Origin: a virus
Taxonomy: Duplodnaviria > Caudoviricetes
DNA length: 64,000 nucleotides
Virus record (IMG/VR): IMGVR_UViG_3300027255_000165
Strand: one strand, 5' to 3'
The notes under the pieces are model-generated. The model was not told the DNA's origin. It searched no databases and worked only from the letters and a program-made list of their open reading frames with translations. Made by a program: the position numbers and the translations under genes. Positions 53,014-63,265 of this stretch are shown here, piece by piece. The stretch's first letter is position 1; every line of letters starts with the position of its first letter.

Positions 53014-53894
53014 TTATTTAATACCTCAGTTTGGATATATTGTTTCAGATCTTGTGTTGCTTGCCAACCTAAAGTTTCGGTTGTATTGTTCGGAATCTCA
53101 ATCGCTTCCTTACGTTCACCTCTTTTTTCAGGAATAAACTTCCAGTCAGATTCAAACATCTGTGCAAGTTCAACAATCGTGTAAGGTTGACCTCTGCGAA
53201 GGAACCATTCTCCTTGATTACCGTTTTCATAAGCTGCGATCAAACCTGATACGATGTCATCAATGTGGGTGAAATCTCGAGTTTGAGTTCCGGGTTCAGT
53301 TACAGTTAGTTCTTTACCTTCACGGCGAAGTCGTTCAAAGATTCCAACGACGGTAGCGTAAGGACCTTTCTCGATTTGACCCTTGCCGTATACGTTAAAG
53401 AAGTAACAGATCTCGTATCGAAGACCGTACCATTCGGCGTAGTTCTTGATTAGTTCGACCATCTTAGCCTTTGACCAAGCGTAAGGTGAAAGGTTTTCAA
53501 GTGAACCGTTACGACCAAACTTTGAGCTTGAAGCTGAATAGATCAACTTAGCTCCCCAGTGACGACACAGTTCAAGGATTTGAGTGGTTCCATCAAGGTT
53601 AGATTCCCACACCTGTTCAGGTTGGTCAAAAGATACATCAATACGTGCAAACTCACCAAAGTGAAACACCACATCAAACTTTTGATCTAACCAATACTGC
53701 CGTTCTCTATCGTTCAGTAATCTATATGTTGAAATATCAAAGTATGTTACACGAGAATCGTTAACTTCATTTGATTTAGATCCACTCATATAGTTGTCTA
53801 CAGATTGAATCTGAATGTCTTTATACTTCTTTAAAAGTGCCTTGATTAGGTTTGAACCCACAAAACCTGAACCACCTGTTACTAATACTTTCAT
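53010..53894 (-). CDS. NAD-dependent epimerase (HldD/GalE-like)
   Basis: GGSGFVG, SPYAWSK, FFNVYG, RDFTH..D. Confidence 0.9.
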   Translation of the reverse strand: MKVLVTGGSGFVGSNLIKALLKKYKDIQIQSVDNYMSGSKSNEVNDSRVTYFDISTYRLLNDRERQYWLDQKFDVVFHFGEFARIDVSFDQPEQVWESNLDGTTQILELCRHWGAKLIYSASSSKFGRNGSLENLSPYAWSKAKMVELIKNYAEWYGLRYEICYFFNVYGKGQIEKGPYATVVGIFERLRREGKELTVTEPGTQTRDFTHIDDIVSGLIAAYENGNQGEWFLRRGQPYTIVELAQMFESDWKFIPEKRGERKEAIEIPNNTTETLGWQATQDLKQYIQTEVLNK

Positions 53895-53925
53895 CTTAAA
53901 TTATACCCATTGATGGGTGTTTTGT

Positions 53926-54372
53926 TTAATCTTTAGCTGCATTAATTAAGTCAGATGAAGATTGAATCTTTTCACCTCCAATGTTCCACAACATATCGAT
54001 CTTATAAGCCGAGCAGAATCCTGATTCTGGAGTGTTATTTTTAACTCTATCACCTCCGTTTGCAAATGCAATCGTACACTCAGGATACATCGTTTGAACT
54101 CGAACTAATAGATTGATTGCTGAATCATCATCGTCGTTAAACGCCATCACTTCATCGATCGAACGAAAAGATCGTAAGATCTCTGCTCGTTCTGCAAAAT
54201 TCATGAAAGCTTTACCCTTCTTGCGAACCAACCAACCGTCTGAATTAGCTCCCGCAATTACTTTATGACCAATCTCTTTGGCAGTGTTAAACATTCGGAC
54301 GTGACCCTTATGAACTGGGTCAAATCCACCACTTACAACTACAATGTCGTATTTCTTATCTCCTTCTATCAT
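53926..54372 (-). CDS. Nucleotidylyltransferase (HldE-C/FAD-synthetase-like)
   Basis: SGGFDPVHKGH, FANGGDR, K.QSSS.L. Confidence 0.85.
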   Translation of the reverse strand: MIEGDKKYDIVVVSGGFDPVHKGHVRMFNTAKEIGHKVIAGANSDGWLVRKKGKAFMNFAERAEILRSFRSIDEVMAFNDDDDSAINLLVRVQTMYPECTIAFANGGDRVKNNTPESGFCSAYKIDMLWNIGGEKIQSSSDLINAAKD

Positions 54373-54974
54373 TTTTCGTAATTAAACGTTTCAAAATCTC
54401 TTTTGTATAATTCGTAAACCATTTTCTTGGTTTCTGGTGTGTAATACTCTTCCCAGTGTCTTCCTTCTCGATGTAGTGTTATGTTAGATTTGCACATTGA
54501 TCTAGCAGGTGTTGAAAATCCTTCAGGAATGTTGTTTTTAATTTCATCAACTATTTCTGGCCATTCTTTATCTAGGGTTTCAAACCTAATAATTTTATCA
54601 ACTAATATGTTCTTTTTGATGGCAATGAAACGGGCTTGAGGCCACCAGTGTCTATTTTCAGTGGTATAAAAGAATCTGCCTCTTTCATAAAACATCTTAA
54701 CCACATCTTCAAATTCAACAGACCATCTATAATCATTATCTGGATCTCGATAATACTCAAAGTTAGATACAAATCGATCGTATGGGTTTCGAACACATGC
54801 AAAAGAAAAGTAACTTTCAATCAGCTCAGGATCGTTCTTAGATAGAGTTTCAATGTACATTTCATGTTCATGGTTATCGCAATCCGTTGGATTGCTTAAA
54901 ACCGAATGAATTGAAGTTGAGGCGTTCTTTGGGATTTGCACAAAGACTGTGCGCCATTTATGATATGTGCTCAT
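54369..54974 (-). CDS. Sulfotransferase family 2
   Basis: FVQIPKNASTSI (5'-PSB), RNPYDRFVS (3'-PB), Y..DF..F.Y. Confidence 0.88.
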   Translation of the reverse strand: MSTYHKWRTVFVQIPKNASTSIHSVLSNPTDCDNHEHEMYIETLSKNDPELIESYFSFACVRNPYDRFVSNFEYYRDPDNDYRWSVEFEDVVKMFYERGRFFYTTENRHWWPQARFIAIKKNILVDKIIRFETLDKEWPEIVDEIKNNIPEGFSTPARSMCKSNITLHREGRHWEEYYTPETKKMVYELYKRDFETFNYEK

Positions 54975-55761
54975 GTTGTTTTGACCATTTTGGATTAAAC
55001 CAGAATCTACGACCGTTCCTGTCTATGATGTTATCCATTGCTGGATTTCCATAACATAGCATAAACTCGTCCCAGTTTTGGGGTTGAATGTTGTAAGGGT
55101 TCTCCCAGTCTTTGATTGAACCTCCTCCGAGTTTATAGGCTTCTAAGGGTATTCTTCGACACAATTCCAGAATTTCGGGCCCCTGTTCAATTGCATCCTT
55201 AGTTGAAAGGAATGGATTCACATCAGCTCGATACAGGATCTCTGCTCGAAGATAGTTACCAATGCCATTAAAGTACTTTTGATTCATCATCACCTCGTGA
55301 ATGGGCTTCTTAAACTCCTTTGATAGGATGTGACGGTCAATGTTCTTAAAAAATGATTCGTAATCTGCGGTTGGATCTGGGCCTCGATTATCTGACCAGT
55401 TGAGTGTTTTCTTCCACTTACCAAATCGACGAACATCCACAAAACACAAGGCAACTGAACCATGTGCATAAAAGATTAGATGTGCATGTTTTGGGATCTC
55501 GTTCAGAGGAACCAGCTTAAAGTATCCGCTCATTCCCATTGTCATTAGCAATGTGGTTGAATTACCCCTTGAAAGGCCATCTGACAGAGTTAGCATTAAT
55601 TCTTTACCCCTGCTCTTGGCAGATACGGTAAACTTATGAAATGGAACTTCAACCTTCTCACCCTTGTGTTGAGGATTCTTTTCAATCCTCTGAAAGGTAA
55701 GACCTTCGCACATCTCATTGATGTAATCGGCGGTGATTTTAAGCTCTGCTAACTCTGGCAT
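54958..55761 (-). CDS. mutM: Fpg/Nei-family DNA glycosylase
   Basis: MPELAE start, RGKE, MGMSG, D.RRFG, NQ..F.GIGNY.R.EIL. Confidence 0.88.
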   Translation of the reverse strand: MPELAELKITADYINEMCEGLTFQRIEKNPQHKGEKVEVPFHKFTVSAKSRGKELMLTLSDGLSRGNSTTLLMTMGMSGYFKLVPLNEIPKHAHLIFYAHGSVALCFVDVRRFGKWKKTLNWSDNRGPDPTADYESFFKNIDRHILSKEFKKPIHEVMMNQKYFNGIGNYLRAEILYRADVNPFLSTKDAIEQGPEILELCRRIPLEAYKLGGGSIKDWENPYNIQPQNWDEFMLCYGNPAMDNIIDRNGRRFWFNPKWSKQHEHIS

Positions 55762-55791
55762 GGTGATTATATTTGTTGTGGTTTAATTGTT

Positions 55792-56004
55792 TCATTTTAC
55801 GTGGAACAGCACCCAAAATAGAGCATCAACAAATTCGCACCACACGTACATAATAACCCAATAGATCAGGAATTTAGACCATTCGGGTAGGTGAACCTCT
55901 ACTCGTTCTTTTTCAGGATGCTTCTTTTTAGAGCGATGACGTAACCATCTACTTACAGTTGCAAGTGCTCCAGCATAAAAGAAGTTCTGAGGGAAATCTA
56001 TCAC
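55792..56004 (-). CDS. Small membrane protein
   Basis: Hydrophobic segments. Confidence 0.55.
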   Translation of the reverse strand: MIDFPQNFFYAGALATVSRWLRHRSKKKHPEKERVEVHLPEWSKFLIYWVIMYVWCEFVDALFWVLFHVK

Positions 56005-56345
56005 GCCTTAACAAAGATTTGAACGAATATTAGCGCTAATGCTAGCACCAATGAAATGCCAGTCTTAACATTAACACCTTCTCCCATAAATGCCCATGTC
56101 ATTAGTGCAAACACAATCATGCCGCTGGAAAAACCAATGAATCGACCAGGCCACAACACTCCATCAAAGTGTTCAACTACCATTCGAGTGGCGTAAATGA
56201 CAATGTAAGAAATGACTGAACCTGTGATAATTGAAACCGCAATTGGATGCTTCTTAAACCAGGGCCAAATGAATTGACCATTAGTTTGAATCCAAATCAA
56301 CGATTGGCCTAACATGAACAACAAGAAACCCCAGAACAGCTTCAA
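56001..56345 (-). CDS. 4-TM membrane protein
   Basis: Hydrophobic, SMR-like size. Confidence 0.65.
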   Translation of the reverse strand: MKLFWGFLLFMLGQSLIWIQTNGQFIWPWFKKHPIAVSIITGSVISYIVIYATRMVVEHFDGVLWPGRFIGFSSGMIVFALMTWAFMGEGVNVKTGISLVLALALIFVQIFVKA

Positions 56346-56971
56346 AACAATGAAGAGGTTGTAGTCAACATGTGACTGATGAATGACATACGGTGGTGCT
56401 TGCTAGCACCTTCAGATACAATGGCATTACGATGCTGAGCAGAACCGTAACCCTTGTTTGAAGCCCAACCGTATTCGGGCTCTTCCTTTGACAGCTCACG
56501 CATCAGGTTGTCTCGCTCAGTTTTAGCCAAGATTGATGCAGCTGCAATGTTAACGTATTTGTTGTCTCCGCCAACTACACAAACGAAAGGAACTCCATGA
56601 AAACCATGAAACTGATCACCGTCAATGGTGATAAAGTCAAACATAATCTTCTTGTGAACCTCTGTCAGGCAGATTTCCATGCCTTTTAGGGTAGCATTCA
56701 AGATGTTATAGTTCTCAATATCTTCGATTGAAATGTGCTCGATATGATACGCCAGGACATTGTCAAGGACCATCTTACGTGCCTCGGCACGTTGACCTTC
56801 ATTAAGCAATTTTGAATCTCGAATCAATTCATGTTGAAAGCCTGGAGGCATGATACACGCTGCAACTGTCACTGGACCAGCAAGAGCCCCACGACCAGCT
56901 TCATCAACTCCAACCTCTACACCAGATTCATGGTAGGTGGACTTTAAAAGAATGTGCTTACCGGTAGTCAT
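56342..56971 (-). CDS. rnhB: Ribonuclease HII
   Basis: GVDEAGRGALAGPV, RDSK.L, IDG, IAAASILAK..RD, HR.SF. Confidence 0.95.
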   Translation of the reverse strand: MTTGKHILLKSTYHESGVEVGVDEAGRGALAGPVTVAACIMPPGFQHELIRDSKLLNEGQRAEARKMVLDNVLAYHIEHISIEDIENYNILNATLKGMEICLTEVHKKIMFDFITIDGDQFHGFHGVPFVCVVGGDNKYVNIAAASILAKTERDNLMRELSKEEPEYGWASNKGYGSAQHRNAIVSEGASKHHRMSFISHMLTTTSSLF

Positions 56972-57012
56972 ATAAGATAATTTAGATCTTATACAACGTA
57001 TATGTAAAAAGT

Positions 57013-57705
57013 TTACTTGTTATTGTCGACTTTCCACTTGTCGTACTTGTTAACGATCTCTTGTAGAATTTTAGCGCGAACAATATCTTTTTCGCCGAAC
57101 ACATGAAAACCAACACCTTTGATTCCTCTTAGCATATCCATGAATGAAGGTAGAGAAACCTTTGACTTAATAATGTCATGTTGAGAAACATCGCCTGCAA
57201 CCACAACTTTAGAATCTTTACCCATACGAGTAACAAATAGCATCAACTGTTTGTAATCGGCGTTTTGGGCCTCATCTAGAATCATCAGCGCATTATCGTA
57301 GGTGTTACCTCTCATGTACGCTAAGGGTTCAAAGTCAAAGATTTTCTTTTCAAACATGATCTTGGTCTTTTCAGGCCCAATGATCTTTTCAATGTTTGAC
57401 TTATAAGATTGAATGTAAGGAGCGATCTTTTCGTCTACCTCACCTGGAAGAAAACCAAGCTTTTCGCCGGCTTCCTGAATTGGCTTACAAAGAATGACCC
57501 TTTCAATCTCCTTTGCTTCCAACATTTTTAGAGCGGCATAACATGCCGTGTAAGTTTTTGATGTTCCGGCTGGACCGTAACAGAATGTAATTTGATTATC
57601 GTTAATGGTATGTAAGTATTGTTGCTGAGTTTGACGAAGTTGAACTCCCTTAAGGCTTGTTCCGTCAAAAACTCTGCGGCTGGATTGACCGTTTCGTTCT
57701 GCCAT
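57013..57705 (-). CDS. phoH: PhoH-family ATPase
   Basis: GPAGTSKT, LGFLPG, PLAYMRG, ILDEAQN, GD..Q.D. Confidence 0.95.
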   Translation of the reverse strand: MAERNGQSSRRVFDGTSLKGVQLRQTQQQYLHTINDNQITFCYGPAGTSKTYTACYAALKMLEAKEIERVILCKPIQEAGEKLGFLPGEVDEKIAPYIQSYKSNIEKIIGPEKTKIMFEKKIFDFEPLAYMRGNTYDNALMILDEAQNADYKQLMLFVTRMGKDSKVVVAGDVSQHDIIKSKVSLPSFMDMLRGIKGVGFHVFGEKDIVRAKILQEIVNKYDKWKVDNNK

Positions 57706-57719
57706 TTTATGTACTTTGT

Positions 57720-57980
57720 TTAGTCACCGGCCATTATGACCAGTTCCTTCAGTTTTACAAGCTTGTCACATTTCTCATATTCTTCAAGATCTTCAAAATA
57801 ATTCACCAATACATCGATAAACTTAGATCTTTGACCAATGCCATGAGGGATTTCAACGACATTCTCTCCGTCCTTAAATACAACAAACCTGTTGACTGTC
57901 TTGGTGAAATTACGAGTCAAGGTATAATATGCTGCTCTCATCAGAGAGTCTTTCTCCTCGTTTGAAATCTCGAATGACAT
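57720..57980 (-). CDS. Small protein with UvrB/C (UVR)-like motif
   Basis: FEDLEEYEKCDKL. Confidence 0.65.
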   Translation of the reverse strand: MSFEISNEEKDSLMRAAYYTLTRNFTKTVNRFVVFKDGENVVEIPHGIGQRSKFIDVLVNYFEDLEEYEKCDKLVKLKELVIMAGD

Positions 57981-58070
57981 TGTGTTCTCCTCTTTGTTTG
58001 AATTTGTGTGTTATGGTATATATTTTGTATCAAGTGATACGGTTGCCAAATTCAAACTTTAAATAAGATA

Positions 58071-58265
58071 TTACAATTGTCCGTTATTCTTTAACCACTG
58101 TTGGGTTTTCTTTATCTTAAGCTTCTTAATACGTCTTTCAGTCGTTGGCTTGATGTAGTCTTGTTTTTCACGAAGACTTTTCAACTGACGGGTCTTAATG
58201 ACCTTTGACTTGTATTTCTTAAGAGCTTGTTCGATGTTACCGTTTTTAACGTCTATCTTAAGCAT
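58071..58265 (-). CDS. rpsU: Ribosomal protein bS21
   Basis: IEQALKKYK.KV.K...L..LRE...Y.KP...RR. Confidence 0.88.
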   Translation of the reverse strand: MLKIDVKNGNIEQALKKYKSKVIKTRQLKSLREKQDYIKPTTERRIKKLKIKKTQQWLKNNGQL

Positions 58266-58504
58266 TCTTTAATCTGTTTTATTTTTTGACACTGTTCGTA
58301 TCTTTCTTTTTGTTCGAACCACTGGATTAAGTTGTCTAAAGCGTTTTCAACTTCTTGACGTGGAACGTTATTTTGATTTAGGATTTTCTCGTGATTTTCA
58401 ATCAGGGTATTATATAGGGCTTGGTACATCGCATCTTTTGAGACCGTCGATAGGTCCATCAAATACGAAAAGAAACCCGCACTATCACCGTCCTTCCAAT
58501 TCAT
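58253..58504 (-). CDS. Small protein with UVR-like motif
   Basis: [13 protein letters not shown]. Confidence 0.65.
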   Translation of the reverse strand: MNWKDGDSAGFFSYLMDLSTVSKDAMYQALYNTLIENHEKILNQNNVPRQEVENALDNLIQWFEQKERYEQCQKIKQIKECLR

Positions 58505-59306
58505 TGATTTTATCCTTCATTTTTTGAACCTCTTCGATTTGTTGTTGATTCAGATTCGGGTAAGAAGCATTTAATTGAATCATCATGGAACCGCGTTGAT
58601 TTGTATTATATATTGGCCACCCATGATCTTTAATTCTTAAAGTCTTACCGTGAAAACTATTGACTGGAACGGAAACCTTAATAGATCTTCCATCCATGGT
58701 GTCAACTTGAATTTTTGTACCAACTACAAGGTCCCACCATGGTATGTCATAACCGATGTAAATATCATCACCTCGTAGGATGAAGCGCGAATTCATTAGG
58801 ACTTCAAACTCAACAATCAGGTCTCCAGGACCAGCCGTTGGGTTATATGGATTGATTTGGCCTTTGCCAGGAAGTTTGAACTTCATGCCAGTCTTAATAC
58901 CTGGAATCAATCGAACGTCAATGTTTTGACCATTAATGTTAATGGTTCTCATTCCTCCTTTGAACGCATCTTCAAACGGTAGAGTCATTGTAACTCGAAT
59001 GTCCTGTCCTCGACGTTGGCGAGGATCACCTCCAAAGAATTGATTGAATAAGTCAGAGAAATTACCATCTGCGCCAAATCCATTTTGGCCCATGAATGGA
59101 TTAACCAGACTGGCATCGTATTTGATGCGTTCGGTATCATCGCTGAGAGTTGAATAAGCTGTTGAAATTTCTTTAAACTTTTCCTCAGCTGTAGTATCCC
59201 CTTGATTCGCATCAGGATGATACTTTTTAGCAAGGTCCCGATACGCTTTTTTGATTGTTTCCTTATCAGCATGCTGAGTGACCCCTAAAACGTCATATAG
59301 GGTCAT
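58485..59306 (-). CDS. dnaJ: DnaJ/CbpA-like co-chaperone (no Zn finger)
   Basis: J-domain YHPD, G/F region, DnaJ_C (GDL.V). Confidence 0.92.
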   Translation of the reverse strand: MTLYDVLGVTQHADKETIKKAYRDLAKKYHPDANQGDTTAEEKFKEISTAYSTLSDDTERIKYDASLVNPFMGQNGFGADGNFSDLFNQFFGGDPRQRRGQDIRVTMTLPFEDAFKGGMRTININGQNIDVRLIPGIKTGMKFKLPGKGQINPYNPTAGPGDLIVEFEVLMNSRFILRGDDIYIGYDIPWWDLVVGTKIQVDTMDGRSIKVSVPVNSFHGKTLRIKDHGWPIYNTNQRGSMMIQLNASYPNLNQQQIEEVQKMKDKINELEGR

Positions 59307-59482
59307 CCTTCTTTATTAATAATAGGACTTGACTTGATGACTTTCTTGGCGTCAACTTTCAGGTTCTCATAAGTTGCACGGTCCAACTTACGCTGGCGCA
59401 ACTCTTGATTTTCCATCAACTGATTTTGACGTTCTAGCGCTGAAGCAATTCGCTCTAGAATCATTAACATTTCATCATTCAT
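59303..59482 (-). CDS. Small coiled-coil protein (59 aa, [17 protein letters not shown]...)
   Basis: Manually translated; ATGA-coupled to dnaJ. Confidence 0.6.
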   Translation of the reverse strand: MNDEMLMILERIASALERQNQLMENQELRQRKLDRATYENLKVDAKKVIKSSPIINKEG

Positions 59483-59628
59483 TGCTGATCTTTTAGGTTG
59501 CTATTTGGATTTATAGATCCCTGTGCGGCCTTTGTTTCAGCTTCCTTTGATTTAATGAAATCAGTAAGATCTTTGATTGAGCCCTGATAAAGGCGGATTC
59601 TTTCTAAACGAGGGTCTTGGTGTTTCAT
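59479..59628 (-). CDS. Small hypothetical protein (49 aa, MKHQDPRLERIR...)
   Basis: Manually translated; coupled; AATATATA upstream. Confidence 0.5.
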   Translation of the reverse strand: MKHQDPRLERIRLYQGSIKDLTDFIKSKEAETKAAQGSINPNSNLKDQQ

Positions 59629-59631
59629 ACC

Positions 59632-59943
59632 TTATATATTCTGAGGTTGAAAGGCTCGTCGATCAATTAGTGCTTGACGAGCTTGAGTTAGAACAGCACA
59701 CTTTTCGTACTCTTCCTCTTCTTCGAACTCGGAAATCATGTAGTTAAAAGTTTCAATCAGGGTTTCAATCTGAATCTTGTCCCACATCTTTACCTGCTCA
59801 CCATCAATACCCTGGTTTGACAACTTTTCAAAGTTCTCTTCAACCAGGCGACGCATCATCATGCGCTGCCAGTTTTGAATGATGTGGTCAATATTCTGTG
59901 AACCACTGTCGTTAAAATCGAAATCGTCTTGATCTTCAAACAT
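59632..59943 (-). CDS. Small protein with UVR-like motif
   Basis: FEEEEEYEKCAVL. Confidence 0.65.
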   Translation of the reverse strand: MFEDQDDFDFNDSGSQNIDHIIQNWQRMMMRRLVEENFEKLSNQGIDGEQVKMWDKIQIETLIETFNYMISEFEEEEEYEKCAVLTQARQALIDRRAFQPQNI

Positions 59944-60002
59944 ATCTTATATATTGAATTTTCCTAGGTGAGAACGAAACTCTTCCATGAAAAAGTTTCA
60001 AC

Positions 60003-60230
60003 TTATTTTTCAGATGTCCATGGACCTTTCTTTTTAAAGTCAGGATCCCATGGTTTTGGCTCATTACGAGTCTTTTCAAGTTCTTGACGCCATGTATTAG
60101 GATACATGTCCTGGAATTGTTCAAGTAAGGTGCGCAACTTTGGTGCTTTGGTTTTGTTCTTGCTCATGAACTTGTCCATCTTGTCAGCTGCTCGATCGGT
60201 GTGGCTTTGGCCAATTGTTCCTTTTCCCAT
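60003..60230 (-). CDS. Basic hypothetical protein
   Basis: 75-aa ORF. Confidence 0.55.
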   Translation of the reverse strand: MGKGTIGQSHTDRAADKMDKFMSKNKTKAPKLRTLLEQFQDMYPNTWRQELEKTRNEPKPWDPDFKKKGPWTSEK

Positions 60231-60249
60231 TTTATTGTGTTTAAATTTA

Positions 60250-60480
60250 TTATACCCTGTTTTTCAAAAAAGTTCTTAAAAGATGTCCGCCATTAATGGC
60301 TAGGATGCCAATGTTAGTGATGATAACCGGATTGGATTCCAACATTACACCATACGCTATCCACGCTGTGCATCCAATTGCATTAATGATTCGAAGGCGA
60401 GTGACATCCTTCATTACAAAAGACATCATCACCAAGAACGTTGCAATATAACCTACAATCTCGATCATGCTACAAACCAA
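60250..60480 (-). CDS. YgjV-like small inner-membrane protein
   Basis: GY.AT......SF......LR..N..GC..W..YG......P....N. Confidence 0.75.
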   Translation of the reverse strand: MVCSMIEIVGYIATFLVMMSFVMKDVTRLRIINAIGCTAWIAYGVMLESNPVIITNIGILAINGGHLLRTFLKNRV

Positions 60481-60851
60481 TCGGCTTCGTTAAACACTTC
60501 TACATTTTCGGAACCATCGTATTCGTTAATTCGAAACTTTTGTCCTTCTTCAACCCACACAACATGAAGTTTTTCAAAGCCTGTAAAGTATAAGCTACCT
60601 TCATTATCGTATTTTTCAGTGAGAATGTATTCAAATCGAGAAATATCACCTGCGAGGAATGCGTCAATCAAATCAAAGTCAATTGCCATTTCTGGAGAAT
60701 TCCAAGTGCTAAATCCAGCGCCGAATGGTGGGCTTACTAAAACCGCGGTCTTACCGTCTTTTTTAAACATCTTCATAGATCTTCTTTTAATTATAAGGCT
60801 AATATACAACAAAAACCCGAGATAAAAAAATCCGGGTTGAACTTTTTTCAA
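60465..60851 (-). CDS. Hypothetical phage protein (true start probably MFKKDG)
   Basis: AVL.SP.FGAG.STWN...W...G..FRI.EYDG.E pattern. Confidence 0.65.
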   Translation of the reverse strand: MKKVQPGFFYLGFLLYISLIIKRRSMKMFKKDGKTAVLVSPPFGAGFSTWNSPEMAIDFDLIDAFLAGDISRFEYILTEKYDNEGSLYFTGFEKLHVVWVEEGQKFRINEYDGSENVEVFNEADWFVA

Positions 60852-60914
60852 CCCGGACTAAAAAAACTTACATGATCTCTTCATTTGGAGTAATTTCTGT
60901 AATTCTCATTTCTA

Positions 60915-61634
60915 TTACACTAATTCGTACTGACCCATTGATAAAATGACATTTGCAGTGGCTCGAACGTCACCTTCACAGTAGTCCTTGATCTCTTCTA
61001 GTCGACCTTGCCAATAAGCTCGAGCAACTTCACCGCCATACATGTTCTCCTTAGGTGAAGGGATACCCAGTAAATCACAGATCAGAGCCAGTGAAGCACC
61101 GTTCCAAGAACCAAACTTCCAAATCTCTGCCGTATCGAGAAGACAGTTCTCCCAGGGTTTAACGTTTTGAAGGTGAAGTTGAGGAGGAACCGTAACCTTG
61201 TTGATTAGAGATCGACGAATCAAGAATGGAGCGTCAAATCCTTTAACATTATGTCCAACTAGCTTCAACCCTGGAGCACGTCTGAATAAGGCCGATAGAG
61301 CAGCCATAAGTTGCTCTAGAACGTCTTTCTCATTGTCGCCATAGAACGATTTAACCTTGAATTGAGGCTTATCGAAGTCATCGAAAACAACCTGACCAAT
61401 CGATACCACGATGACTTTACCAAACTCCGGGTACAGGGCCGAATCTAATTGATAGACCTCACCGGCTTCCATGTCAACATACTCTGCTTTATCCTTCCTG
61501 ATATAGCCCAGTTTCTTTTCCCAGTGACCCTGGACACCTGGAAACTGAGCGTTGTATTCTTCAATAGTATCGCACGCTGATGTTGTCTCAATGTCTAGAA
61601 ACAGCATATTTTTAATCTGATCTTTACTGTACAT
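60915..61634 (-). CDS. DEDD 3'-5' exonuclease (PolB-related, Bacteroidota type)
   Basis: FLDIET, GHN.KGFD.PF, SL......LGIP.PK, YCE.DV. Confidence 0.85.
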   Translation of the reverse strand: MYSKDQIKNMLFLDIETTSACDTIEEYNAQFPGVQGHWEKKLGYIRKDKAEYVDMEAGEVYQLDSALYPEFGKVIVVSIGQVVFDDFDKPQFKVKSFYGDNEKDVLEQLMAALSALFRRAPGLKLVGHNVKGFDAPFLIRRSLINKVTVPPQLHLQNVKPWENCLLDTAEIWKFGSWNGASLALICDLLGIPSPKENMYGGEVARAYWQGRLEEIKDYCEGDVRATANVILSMGQYELV

Positions 61635-61929
61635 TATGTTCTGCTATTATGTTATAGATTGAAACGGGGTATCTGACGTCACGTGCTGTATGACTTCCTG
61701 AACTGTAAGACCTATTAGATGGAACTCGCATCCAGAACCAAGCAACTCCATAAAGGTTTGTGAGTTTGTCGTTCTTCTGATCTAAAATACCTAGAAGAGG
61801 TCCACCTGCGAACGTGAAGGTGTACCAGTTGCCAATTTTTGGTTTGGTGACCGTTGCCTTTGGTTTAGCTTTTGCTTTCTTTGCCATATTCTTTTGCTGG
61901 GTTATAGGGCTAATATAACAAAAACCCAC
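61624..61929 (-). CDS. Hypothetical protein (true start probably MAKKAK)
   Basis: Class E promoter sits inside the 5' part of the ORF-track call. Confidence 0.55.
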   Translation of the reverse strand: MGFCYISPITQQKNMAKKAKAKPKATVTKPKIGNWYTFTFAGGPLLGILDQKNDKLTNLYGVAWFWMRVPSNRSYSSGSHTARDVRYPVSIYNIIAEHNVQ

Positions 61930-61965
61930 GACCCGGTAAAATTATATGATAAAAAAATAAAAAGT

Positions 61966-62322
61966 TTATTGTTCGTCAACGAAATCTTCCCAATCATCGC
62001 CGAGATGATCTAGACCATCGCTCAATGTAACGTCCCATTCAGTTTCTTCTAACTCTTCTCTAAAAGAAGCGAAATGATTTCTCTCTTGGGCAAATGGATC
62101 CTCCCAATCTCTAATCGATCTTAATCGACTAAAAGCTTCATACGTTAAATTGATTGCAGTGTAACCGCCGGTGACCGTGTAAGGACACTCTTCGTGATTG
62201 TACCAAAACGGAGGTGGCATATCGATTCTACTAGTCATAAAATCAAACAGTTCATCAATCTGCATGTGATGAACCCAAATCGTAATGTACATACATTTCA
62301 TGTCAGGATAGCCCATAATCAT
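61966..62322 (-). CDS. Hypothetical protein
   Basis: 118-aa ORF. Confidence 0.6.
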   Translation of the reverse strand: MIMGYPDMKCMYITIWVHHMQIDELFDFMTSRIDMPPPFWYNHEECPYTVTGGYTAINLTYEAFSRLRSIRDWEDPFAQERNHFASFREELEETEWDVTLSDGLDHLGDDWEDFVDEQ

Positions 62323-63251
62323 CTTCGTTTAAACCTTCCAGGTTCTGATGCGATTGTTGCATCAATGTCCTGTTGAATCCATTTGTTAATTTGTTCATAA
62401 ATCGCAAGTTGTAATTCTTGACCATGGTGATCTACGTACATTCTTTTGTACACTTCACCTAGAATTCCAAAGATTGGTCCAGGTTCAGATGACATTTCAA
62501 TTACATATAGATCGCCATTGTTTGCTCTTGCGAAATCAACGGAATAGAAATCTAAGTCAGAATGTTTTGCATTGAACTCTTTGATAGGTTCAAATGCGTC
62601 TTGCGGTATATTATCTGCAAGCTCATAATTAAATTTAAGCTTGTCTTTTGGATCTTTTGAAAGGTTCTCAGTTTCGTCGTTGGCTGGAACTCGATAAACA
62701 GTCATTAGAGGTTCGCCTCTCCAGCAGAACACTCTAAATTCTTCTTTAATGTCAATCTTTTCTGAAAAGACTGCGAACTGTTCCATCTGTACGCCTTTAG
62801 TATCTTCAGCTCTATCAAAAACCACAATGCCTTGACCGGCGTATCTGTTATCTGGTTTTGCGACAACTGGAAATGAAAGGTTCTTAATGTCTGAAGGCGC
62901 GTACACTGATTTTGGAAGGTAAGCCGAACCTTCGTGCAAAACGTGCCAATCTTTCTTTGATGAAACCTTTTCTTTAGCGATAACTGAGTTGTAAACGAGT
63001 GATGAATCGTATCCTTGGTCGATTAAACGATCGGTGTTCCAGTTCGAGTAGTTTAGAACGGGTTGAGTAGTTTCACCGATGTGTTTTTCTTCTTTTGTAA
63101 TCAACTTCCACATTCGACCAGTACTGAAAGCTGGATCATAGATATACTTGTTATCAGGCATATCCACAGCAACGGTCAAAGCCAGCTGTTGCAGCTGGCC
63201 TTGAACTTGCTTTTCGTTAACGAATTGTGAATACTTCTTGATTAACTCCAT
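62319..63251 (-). CDS. ATP-grasp (RimK-like) protein with CTS-like start MELIKKYSQFVNE
   Basis: FPVVAKP....G.GI, E.RV, YS.DF......LYVIEMSS.P; GATATATA at 63256-63263 supports the 63251 start. Confidence 0.75.
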   Translation of the reverse strand: MELIKKYSQFVNEKQVQGQLQQLALTVAVDMPDNKYIYDPAFSTGRMWKLITKEEKHIGETTQPVLNYSNWNTDRLIDQGYDSSLVYNSVIAKEKVSSKKDWHVLHEGSAYLPKSVYAPSDIKNLSFPVVAKPDNRYAGQGIVVFDRAEDTKGVQMEQFAVFSEKIDIKEEFRVFCWRGEPLMTVYRVPANDETENLSKDPKDKLKFNYELADNIPQDAFEPIKEFNAKHSDLDFYSVDFARANNGDLYVIEMSSEPGPIFGILGEVYKRMYVDHHGQELQLAIYEQINKWIQQDIDATIASEPGRFKRR

Positions 63252-63265
63252 AGAGTATATATCAA

